From Azolla caroliniana (taxonomy: Eukaryota; Plantae; Polypodiophyta), in contig JBHGNT010000015.1 of assembly GCA_043228905.1 (NCBI GenBank), positions 12,524,001 to 12,588,000 on the forward strand: a stretch of DNA of 64,000 bases, written 5' to 3'. Shown here piece by piece: positions 9,176 through 17,724 of the stretch (within the stretch, counting starts at the first letter, position 1; the number at the start of each line of letters is the position of its first letter). The notes below the pieces were generated by a model. The model was not told the DNA's origin. It saw only the letters and a list, made by a program, of their open reading frames with translations, and searched no databases. The translations under genes were made by a program, and so were the position numbers.

Positions 9176-11292
9176 ATTCTCACTTGGGACAAGAGTTCCC
9201 TCTTGTTCCTTTCGTGATTTGCCGGCACCATTAGGAATTGGACGGATTTCCCTCCGTTTTGGCTCCGAATTCGCGCAAAAGCCGCACCACTATCGAGCAC
9301 CTTCGTCTCCATCCGTGAAGCCGTGATAAAGGGTTGGCCGAGGATGACAGAATGTGAAACCTCATCCTGCACAAAGAAATTTTGGTCAATTTCGACATCC
9401 CCGATCTTTACCGTCACATCCGGACAAGCCGCAAATAGGTCTTCTGTCGTTTTCGTGGCTGCCCGAATCTTCCATCCATGGTTGGTGTTTATAGGCCACT
9501 TCCCCTTTCGGTAGAACTCCTTGGACATCAAGTTGATCTCCGATCCGTGATCAATCAATGCTAGCACGGGTTCTTTGATGTTGCCGATTCGGACCGGAGT
9601 CTCCGTAGTCGCACGTGCCCAGTGTGGCCTTGTATAGTGGGAGTTCGGAATTTCGCCTTCCACTTCGGTGTCGTTCATTGAAACGGTATTTGCATTCACC
9701 CTTGGAGCATTTTCCTCCGTACTTTGTCTCTTCCTTTTCACGAGATCCACAAGAAGATCGTGAAACTCCTTCTTCGCTATTCCGAGTAGTTCCCGCAGCG
9801 AAAAATCTACCCGGCTATCCAAGATTCTTTCCTCGAACACTCTTTTCAAGTCGGTTTGTTGTTCTATGTCCGAGGCGAGCTTGAATGCCGGAGTCGCCTT
9901 TTCTTTTCCCTTACCTCCGGAGTTCCAGCTTTCCGGTATCTTCGATGGTCCGGCCGCATCCTCCGTGCGCCGTCGTTTCTCGTCCACATACACCTCATGT
10001 AATTGACACAGGGCGTATATGCTATTCTTGTCGACAGGGCACTCCCATCCCGTAGCTTCCCGGACGCCTTCCGCGGTGTTTCGGATATCGTTGGAGTCGG
10101 TTTTCTCGGTGTTTCCTAGCACCTCCGGCCAGAAAGACGCCTTCGCTCCCGATGACTCCCCGACACATATTCCTGCGGTTGTCGCATAGTTGCTTCTTGC
10201 CGCTAACTCCTCCTCGAGCACCTTCTTCATGCCGCCTTTCCGGAAGTTCGGTCGGAGTGGCTTCCGAGAGTCCATCGAATGAATCCGGTTTCTCTCGTAG
10301 TAGATGAGATCCCGTCGTAGCGCCTCCTTATGGTCGTCGCAATCCCTCCGATCGTGTTCGGCGCTATCGCACCATATGCACCGTCGATCCGTATATTTGG
10401 AGCTTGTGGGGCGGTCATCCGACTTCTTCACCATCGCGATCTTTAGATTCTCCATCTCCTTCAGCAGCTGCTCCACCGTAGACGCGTCGACTCCCTTCTC
10501 GGCCGTAATCTCCCGAGCCCTCGGTTGATGGTCTTCCAATCCCGTTCTCGGTTTCGGAATCGGTTCCGAAACCCTCTTTTCTTCGTTGGCAAGCCATTGC
10601 CCCCTCTTCGTGTACCGCGCGACGATATCCCGCACGCTTTCCCATGTTTCGGTGAGGCCGCTTTCGGTGGTCGTGTCCTCAAGAAGCACTCCGAGATCTT
10701 TCCGGTCCCGGACGTCCACAACTCGCAAAAACATGATGACTTTGTCCGGTGCAAGAATAGTTTGATCTCTCGCGGACAACCTCCCGAACCGACTTTCGAA
10801 TGTCGAAAACACTTCGAGGACCTTCAACCCCTTACCTGACGTTTCCACCCAATCCTCGAATCCCCTCCGCGTTGCCTTGGAGGAGTCCTCGATGGCAAAC
10901 GTGGTCTTTAACGCCTCTTCGAATGCTTCCCACGTCGGATTTTGTTGTTGCAACCCGTGGATACTCCCTTGAAGCCCGTCGGTCGCCACCTGGTTAAAGG
11001 ATGTCACTTGCAGTCCTTCCGAAGCTCGGCACCGGAGCATCTCCGCCTTGTAGTCCTGCAAATATCGCGACACATCCTTACCATTAAATTGCCCGTTGCG
11101 TTGCACGAGCCGCTCTACTGATGCCGAAATCTCCGACATCGTGCGTTGTTCTTGAAGCATCCGTTCGAACATCGCCATCATATTGTTAGCTTGTTGAGCC
11201 TCCATCTCCTTGCCACCCGTCTTCACGTCGGGTTCACCAACTGCGTCGTGCCTTTCGGCTCCGGATCGTTGCGTGAGTCGGGTGGGAACCAC
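9166..11292 (-). CDS. gag: C1 Gag-protease, intact ORF (likely start MEAQQ near 11205)
   Basis: Gag core FNGKDVSRYL, zinc knuckle CIWCDSAEHDRRDC, aspartic protease ALIDHGSEIN...VILGQPF. Confidence 0.9.
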   Translation of the reverse strand: MVPTRLTQRSGAERHDAVGEPDVKTGGKEMEAQQANNMMAMFERMLQEQRTMSEISASVERLVQRNGQFNGKDVSRYLQDYKAEMLRCRASEGLQVTSFNQVATDGLQGSIHGLQQQNPTWEAFEEALKTTFAIEDSSKATRRGFEDWVETSGKGLKVLEVFSTFESRFGRLSARDQTILAPDKVIMFLRVVDVRDRKDLGVLLEDTTTESGLTETWESVRDIVARYTKRGQWLANEEKRVSEPIPKPRTGLEDHQPRAREITAEKGVDASTVEQLLKEMENLKIAMVKKSDDRPTSSKYTDRRCIWCDSAEHDRRDCDDHKEALRRDLIYYERNRIHSMDSRKPLRPNFRKGGMKKVLEEELAARSNYATTAGICVGESSGAKASFWPEVLGNTEKTDSNDIRNTAEGVREATGWECPVDKNSIYALCQLHEVYVDEKRRRTEDAAGPSKIPESWNSGGKGKEKATPAFKLASDIEQQTDLKRVFEERILDSRVDFSLRELLGIAKKEFHDLLVDLVKRKRQSTEENAPRVNANTVSMNDTEVEGEIPNSHYTRPHWARATTETPVRIGNIKEPVLALIDHGSEINLMSKEFYRKGKWPINTNHGWKIRAATKTTEDLFAACPDVTVKIGDVEIDQNFFVQDEVSHSVILGQPFITASRMETKVLDSGAAFARIRSQNGGKSVQFLMVPANHERNKRELLSQVRMDF
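11223..11239 (-). promoter_or_regulatory. Primer-binding site complementary to the tRNA-Trp 3' end
   Basis: Minus strand TGGTGAACCCGACGTGA, the complement of the plant tRNA-Trp end TCACGTCGGGTTCACCA. Same site at 12704-12720 and 29125-29141; variants at 4233-4249 and 30618-30634. Confidence 0.85.
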
Positions 11293-12052
11293 AGAGGTCT
11301 TGGACTAGGAGAAAGAAGTTCGTGAGATAGAGATTAATTATGAGTAAATAGCAAAGAGAAAGATAAGAAACTCGTGAATCACACGAGTATACTATATTAA
11401 TTGGTACTTAGGGTGTTAAGAGAGAAGTAGATGTATAAATCGTGAATCCCACGAATAATTTTTGTATTGATTAATACTTAATCCAAATAATCAACAACCC
11501 TTTATATATTTCTCTCCTCCTTATATAAGGAAGGAAGAGCTAAGCATGGCTTCATGCTTTTTTTTACAAAAAGTGTTCATGTCCACTAAATGTGCATGTG
11601 ATGCTTTTTTATTTCCTAAGTATAGGGCTCATGCACGCTAGATGTGCATGAGTTATTTTTAGTGTCTCGTGTTTTTTTTTTTTTTTTTTTTTTTCTTTTT
11701 CATATATTAAAAAAAAACACGATTTACCTTTTAATAAAGGTATGCATAAATAAAGGTCTTATACGTATTAAATCTATATTTAAAATACTTGAGATAAGTT
11801 AATGTAATGGTAAGGTTGGGGTTTGTCAACGTGGAGGTGCAGAGTTCGAATCACGCCCTGCGCAGTAGTGAGTATTTCCTTTTTTTTACTTTTATGTCTC
11901 TTTATCCGGCTCTTCCTTGCCGGTATGCCGTTTTCTTCCTTGCCGGTATGCCGTTTTCCTCCTTGCCGGTGTCGTAGTGTATTTTGTACACTACGTGAAA
12001 AATGTATATAGTATTAGATTCAATAAAAAATGAAGAAATAGAAGAAAATAGC

Positions 12053-12139
12053 AAAATAAATGGAACATGCATAGGGCAAGATTCGAACCTTGCACCTCCA
12101 TGTTAATAATGTAATGTCTTACCATTACACTAGCATTTC
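12053..12139 (-). promoter_or_regulatory. tRNA-like Pol III cassette in D LTR, antisense to the element
   Basis: Minus strand A box TAGTGTAATGG (12132-12122); B box GGTTCGAATCT (12089-12079) inside a GCAAG/CTTGC hairpin; 32-nt spacing; TTTT shortly downstream. Second copy 14870-14923. Confidence 0.65.
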
Positions 12140-12716
12140 ATTAATGTTAAAGCATAGATGTCCCACATAGAAAGGTAAATTCACGCTAGGATAAACATTA
12201 CAAAAACGCATAACAAAAGAAAAAGCTACATATACACATCTAGCGTGCATGATAAAAAACGCACAAGTTAGAAAAAAGCATGATCACTTTAGATAAAGCA
12301 TATAGTTTATCTATAGGAAAAGCATGGGGTCTATAGTTAGAGAAAAAGCATGGATTACTAAGACTTCCTCATCACTACATAAGGATGGGGAGCACAATGT
12401 AATTGTGTGTGAAAAATATTTGGAAACTAGATATGTTTCTAAAAAACACCAATTAATAAACTATACTCGTGGGATTCACGAGAATTCTAAATCATTCTCT
12501 TTCAACCGAAGTTTATATTCTTATATTCATATTGATTAATCTAATACAATACACTCGTGGGATTCACGAGTTTGCTATAACTCTTTCTTACAACATATTT
12601 ATATTCTTATTAGCCTTAAAACTCTCCTCTTCCTAGTCCAAAACCCCAGCGGTTCCCACCCGACTCACGCAAACGATCCGGAGCCGAAAGGCACGACACA
12701 AGTTGGTGAACCCGAC

Positions 12717-14759
12717 GTGAAGGCGGGTGGCAAGGAGATGGAGAATCAACAAGAGGCAATGAGCATAACGATGATGATGATGTTCGAGCGGATGCTACAA
12801 GAACAACGAGTGATGTCGGAGATCACGGGGGCAGTAAAGCGGCTCGTACAACGAAACGGACAATTCAACGGAAACGATGTGTCACGCTATCTACGTGACT
12901 ACAAGGCGGAGATGATACGATGTGGGATACCGGAAGGATTGCAAGTGACATCCTTCAATCGGGTGGCCACGGATGAGCTACAAGAGAGAATCCACAAGAT
13001 ACGGCAACAAAACTCGACATGGGGGTCCTTTGAAGGAGCTTTACAAGAGGCATATGATTACGATAGACCGAAGGGACGAGATCGGCGAGAGTTCGATGAA
13101 TGGGTGGCATCGGAGAAGACCCACCGAAGTGCAACACAAGCATTCCTAGAGTTCGAGCATCGTCTTGCCCAACTCTCGGAGCGGGAACAACGATTGGTGG
13201 GGGAGGATAAAGTCCTAATGTTCGTAAAATCGATCGATCGAAAAGAAAGGATGGACATCGGGATCGAACTCGAAGACGATGAAGGTACGAATGGTCTTAC
13301 CGAAGATTGGGCCGAAGTCCAAAGGGTATGCCGGAGACATGATGAGAGGAAGATGAGAATCTTGTCAACGACATGGCCGATGAAGGATGGTCGATTGAAG
13401 ACAAACGATGGAGCCGATATGAAGGCCGAAATACAACATGATGGTGCAATGGAAGAGGGTGTAAAACAAGCTACCCTCTTGTCTTGCGAAAGAACAACGA
13501 CAAAGGATAAGGCCGATAACCCAAGTGTAGAAGAAGATTTCAGGATACAAGTGCCCGAGACATCGGGTCAAAAAGGGGTAAGCATAATAGATGTTTGCAT
13601 AATTGATGCAGATAAAGAGTGTGAAGCGGATGTGATTAAGGAGGTAGCCACAAAAGACGAAATCGAATCGGAGGTGGCTATGGACGAATCAATGGCGGAT
13701 TGCCATATCGAGACTTCCCCACCACTGATTCCAGAGACTCCGGCGGTTGCGATCGAAAGGCAACGTGAGACCGAAGAGACGGAAGGTGGCGGAGAGAAAA
13801 CGAATGTCGAAGCCGACGAATACGATGAAGAGATAGCCGAGAAGAATGCTAAGGGTGAAACTACGAAAGAAGGTAATACCGAGGATTCATGCCAACAATA
13901 TCTAGAGACTTCGGCGGTTGTGTCCGAGAACCAACGTGAGACCGGAGAGACGGGAGATGGCGGCGAGGAAGGTAAAGTCGGAAGTCGGTTCGGATGGAAA
14001 ATGATCCATCCGAAATTCCAATCTAAAAGAAAGTGCGACAATGCGGAGGTCGGGTCTACGACGGGAGAAGCGCGTAATACAGAGCACGCTCTACGGCGAA
14101 TAAAGAAACGCGTGTTATGGCGAATAAAGAAGCACGCGCTACGGCGAGAAAAGAAGCATGCATTACAACCACACGAGGACCGAACAACGAGCACATATCG
14201 GAGGACCTACGTAGCGAACAACGGAAAGAAGTGCCGAAAGTCGAACCGGACAAGGCAGGTGAAAACGAAGAAAAGAAAGCAAATCCGGACGAAAAGAAAA
14301 GAAAAGAAACCGACCCGAAAGAGCACTGAATCGGTAAAAACCGATCAACCGAGTCCGGATCGACCGAATACAAATCGGAAAGGAAGCCGAACTAAACGAA
14401 AGACGATCCGACGAGACCGAATCGGAAGTAAGCTAATCCGACTAAACCGAAAATCCGAAAAGAAGTCGAGATTGATGAAGAAAAGAAAGAGGGCAAGAAA
14501 AGATACTACCGCGGATGACAAGGACCAAGCGGGCCATGCAAAAAGCGAACGAAGACTATGGTGGATCGGATGTCGACAATGGTTCGGGTGGAAAGAATGG
14601 ATGTGCTCCAAATGGAGAGACAAAGTCAACATAACAAGAGAAGTCGAGGGTACTACGAGCCGGCAACGAAACCAATCGGGTAGAGACCGGACGGAGGAGA
14701 CTAACAAACACCAACAACTTCGGCACATACCGGAGGATGTGCGGGTTTGGAGGGGGTGA
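12717..14759 (+). CDS. Gag-derived 680-aa protein: Gag capsid-like N-terminus, acidic middle, Lys/Arg-rich C-terminus
   Basis: First ~210 aa align by eye with C Gag (MFERMLQEQR, RLVQRNGQFNG.DVSRYL, DKV.MF, GLTE.W); no zinc knuckle, protease, RT or integrase. Confidence 0.85.
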   Translation: MKAGGKEMENQQEAMSITMMMMFERMLQEQRVMSEITGAVKRLVQRNGQFNGNDVSRYLRDYKAEMIRCGIPEGLQVTSFNRVATDELQERIHKIRQQNSTWGSFEGALQEAYDYDRPKGRDRREFDEWVASEKTHRSATQAFLEFEHRLAQLSEREQRLVGEDKVLMFVKSIDRKERMDIGIELEDDEGTNGLTEDWAEVQRVCRRHDERKMRILSTTWPMKDGRLKTNDGADMKAEIQHDGAMEEGVKQATLLSCERTTTKDKADNPSVEEDFRIQVPETSGQKGVSIIDVCIIDADKECEADVIKEVATKDEIESEVAMDESMADCHIETSPPLIPETPAVAIERQRETEETEGGGEKTNVEADEYDEEIAEKNAKGETTKEGNTEDSCQQYLETSAVVSENQRETGETGDGGEEGKVGSRFGWKMIHPKFQSKRKCDNAEVGSTTGEARNTEHALRRIKKRVLWRIKKHALRREKKHALQPHEDRTTSTYRRTYVANNGKKCRKSNRTRQVKTKKRKQIRTKRKEKKPTRKSTESVKTDQPSPDRPNTNRKGSRTKRKTIRRDRIGSKLIRLNRKSEKKSRLMKKRKRARKDTTADDKDQAGHAKSERRLWWIGCRQWFGWKEWMCSKWRDKVNITREVEGTTSRQRNQSGRDRTEETNKHQQLRHIPEDVRVWRG

Positions 14760-15943
14760 GTGTCGTAGTGTATTTTGTACACTACGTGAAAAATGTATAT
14801 AGTATTAGATTCAATAAAAAATGAAGAAATAGAAGAAAATAGCAAAATAAATGGAACATGCATAGGGCAAGATTCGAACCTTGCACCTCCATGTTAATAA
14901 TGTAATGTCTTACCATTACACTAGCATTTCATTAATGTTAAAGCATAGATGTCCCACATAGAAAGGTAAATTCACGCTAGGATAAACATTAGAAAAACGC
15001 ATAACAAAAGAAAAAGCTACATATACACATCTAGCGTGCATGATAAAAAACGCACAAGTTAGAAAAAAGCATGATCACTTTAGATAAAGCATATAGTCTA
15101 TCTATAGGAAAAGCATGGGGTCTATAGTTAGAGAAAAAGCATGGATTACTAAGACTTCCTCATCACTACATAAGGATGGGGAGCACAATGTAATTGTGTG
15201 TGAAAAATATTTGGAAACTAGATATGTTTCTAAAAAACACCAATTAATAAACTATACTCGTGGGATTCACGAGAATTCTAAATCATTCTCTTTCAACCGA
15301 AGTTTATATTCTTATATTCATATTGATTAATCTAATACAATACACTCGTGGGATTCACGAGTTTGCTATAACTCTTTCTTACAACATATTTATATTCTTA
15401 TTAGCCTTAAAACTCTCCTCTTCCTAGTCCAAAACCCCAGCGGTTCCCACCCGACTCACGCAAACGATCCGGAGCCGAAAGGCACGACACCGGTATGCCG
15501 TTTTCTTCCGGTTCTCACCGAGCACTCCATTCTCTATCCGGAGGGACAAAAATATAATTTCCACATAGTGTGCAACCTACACTACGACAACGTGGAAAAA
15601 CCCAAACTAAGGGAAAAAACCACGGCAGCCCACAGGCTGCAAACTATCACTATGTTAGAATGTACAACATGAGTTCACGGAGGCAATGACCTCATGCTCA
15701 CGATCCTCGCCACAGGCGGCGGTTACAACAAAGGCAACGACCTCTTTCTCTCTCTCTCTCTCTCTGTATACAGTTACGCGCTCTCTCTCTCCTTGCACCA
15801 ACAAGAATGACAACAACTATCAAAAAAAGGTTTGCCCTAAGTCATATTTATACTAATATGACTTTTCGGCTATTTACAAATATAGCCACGATGGACTCTC
15901 AGAGACATATTTACGACTATGTCTCTTCATCCGGAGAGCACTC

Positions 15944-16264
15944 CTCACTGGGTCTTCACCATCCGGCTCTCCGTAGCCGGGTACTCCTCATCCGGTTCTC
16001 ACTGGGTCTGCACCATCCGGTCCTCCGTAGCTGGGTACTCCTCATCCGGTTCTCACCGGGTCTGTACCATCCGGCTCTCCGTAGCCGGGTACTCCTCATC
16101 CGGTTCTCACCGGGTCTGTACCATCCGGCTCTCCGTAGCTGGGTACTCATCATCCGGTTCTCACCGGGTCTATACCATCCGGCTCTCCGTAGCTGGGTAC
16201 TCCTCATCCGGTTCTCACCGGGTCTGCACCATCCGGCTCTCCGTAGCCGGGTACTCCTCATCCG
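15944..16264. repeat. 54-bp minisatellite, about 6 copies, in U3 of solo LTR E
   Basis: Unit CCGGTTCTCACCGGGTCTGTACCATCCGGCTCTCCGTAGCTGGGTACTCCTCAT; 18-aa periodicity in the ORF track. Confidence 0.92.
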
Positions 16265-16782
16265 AGTTTGTTCATCGGCACTGTTCTTCTCCCTTCCCAT
16301 CCGGAGGGACCTGTCTCCAACAAGAACGTGTCTGGTGGGATCGGCATCGGAGCCAAAACTCCAGACATTGGAGAATCAAGCCTAGGCGGGGCTTGATCGA
16401 TCATAGAGGAAATGCTTTCCAACGAAACTATTAAAGGAGTTGCTGGCCTCGGACGAGTCAACGGGAGTCGTTTCAGAATCGGAAACCCCACATCTCATCC
16501 AGAGACTCTGGCAGCCGACAACGAGTGCCGGCGTGAAACCTAGAGAGATGGGAGATGGAGGCGGCGCACTACGGGATCGCGGCGAATGACCTACCGACAA
16601 GTCGAACGAGCCTACAGAGAGGCAAGCGCAGAGAAGGAACCGGAGCCAACAGTTCGAACCGGCGAGGCCAACACGGTAGCCGGAATGCGGATTACAGAAG
16701 ACTGGTTCCTCACGGACCGGAATATCTCACCCTTCTCCGAACTTGGCACGTACCGGTGGACGTGCGGTTTCCTGGGGGCGGA

Positions 16783-17724
16783 TGTCGTGAAGATTCCGGG
16801 CCATGGTGAGAAACCGGGGAATATCAGAAGAATCGGCGGGGTGGAGCATGTGCACTCACCCTTGTACAAATACTGGAGGTGAATGGGGCGCCTTTATGGC
16901 ACCGAGTAGGAGCTAAGTCGGGACATAGAATACCATATTTATCCCACATTGTTACACATCCCTCTCCTTGTTCTATAAAAGGAAGGGAGTATCCCTTGTA
17001 AAGGGGTTCCCACTCGGGTAGGCGAGCTCGAGTGCTCCTCGACTGGCGGCTTGGCGACAAAAGACTGTTGTTCCGGAAGAGGCGTGCCCTACACGAGACT
17101 CCAGTCTCGCTGGCGAGCCCGTGAGCTCCCGACTGGTTCTAGGATGTAGGCGCCCTCTTTGTCTCTGTGGTTAGCCGGCGTTGCAACGTCCTATGTACAT
17201 TCACATATCTATGTCTATATATATAAGGGTGTGTTTCGGGAGTTAGCTTAGGGGTCTCCGGTACCTAAGTATGGATGTTTGTGCTGGTTTGGTGTGCTAA
17301 TTGTAATCGGTGTGTGGATATACGTGTGTGCATTTCCGGTTAGCATAGGGTTCGAGTGCAGGTGTGTGCGTGGTTGCCGGGGTAGGTGTGCCGGCAGTAA
17401 CCGGGTGTATATGTGTGTGAGTGTGTGCACAGGCACAACTAACCGGGTTTTGACCCGCACCTCTTTTGAGGCCCTTGTACATACCAACGTGAAGGGCAGT
17501 AGGGATGAGGGCGCGCTCTCTCACTTCCCATGTGATTACCGGTCGCGTCCAGAGAGTTTCCAAAACCGGCCAGCAAGGTCCAACCCGGAGACCATCAGGG
17601 ACCGAACCGGCCGGCAATGCGGTAAGCTCTAGAGGATTCGGGTTTTTGGCAACTCCTCCCCTCCTGGTTCATGACCCCGGTGGTTCCACCCAGATCCGAC
17701 ATGCAAGTGCGGATTTCCGTGAAA
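16783..17724 (+). repeat. 3' LTR of B (942 bp)
   Basis: Starts TGTCGTGAAG after a purine tract; matches 3215-4228; terminal CA mutated (CCGTGAAA). Confidence 0.85.

Larger units (their letters stand above)
11970..15489 (+). mobile_element. Element D: non-autonomous gag-only LTR retrotransposon (TR-GAG-like)
   Basis: 729-bp LTRs 11970-12698 and 14761-15489 (I saw only about 2 differences); PBS-Trp; PPT; 4-bp TSD CCGG at 11966-11969 and 15490-15493. Confidence 0.95.
4744..15589 (-). mobile_element. Element C1: full-length tRNA-Trp-primed Ty3/gypsy retrotransposon (Phygy/Selgy-like), 5' LTR interrupted by D
   Basis: 3' LTR 4744-5576; 5' LTR 11244-11969 plus 15494-15589; PBS 11223-11239; PPT GGAGGGGGCGAG next to 5577; 4-bp TSD ACGT at 4740-4743 and 15590-15593. 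Confidence 0.95.
4623..16322 (-). mobile_element. Element E: copia-type solo LTR (~850 bp; 4623-4743 plus 15594-16322) split by C1
   Basis: Minus-strand start TGTTGGAGACAGGTCCCTCCGGATGGGA resembles the start of copia H LTR (30023); shares GGTTTT(T)CCACGTAAACA and GGTTGTGGCCGAGC with it; approximate 5-bp TSD GGAAC (4618-4622) / AGAAC (16323-16327). Confidence 0.7.
3215..17724 (+). mobile_element. Element B: short non-autonomous tRNA-Trp-primed LTR element, interrupted by A1, E, C1 and D
   Basis: Partial 5' LTR 3215-4228 (ends CGCGACA); PBS TGGTGAATCCAACGTGA at 4233-4249; internal 4229-4622 plus 16328-16782 without recognisable pol; purine tract GGGGGCGGA; 3' LTR 16783-17724. Confidence 0.8.

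Noticed and set aside
5700-11000. Numerous short antisense and alternate-frame ORFs over gag-pol
   Set aside because: Shadow ORFs of GC-rich coding sequence with no recognisable domains.
15944-16264. Regular repeats resembling a CRISPR array or a repeat protein (ORFs 15807-16385, 15919-16434)
   Set aside because: Head-to-tail units with no unique spacers, no cas genes, eukaryotic context; the ORFs are a by-product of a stop-free 54-bp unit.
4605-16403. Alternative boundaries for E using TGATCGA...TCGATCA inverted ends
   Set aside because: Homology to the H LTR start and a better 5-bp TSD support 4623-16322.
17297-17360. Possible A/B boxes in the B LTR (TAATTGTAATCGG...GGTTCGAGTGC)
   Set aside because: Looser match, longer spacing, sense orientation, and the 5' LTR copies read GGTTTGAG; too weak to count.
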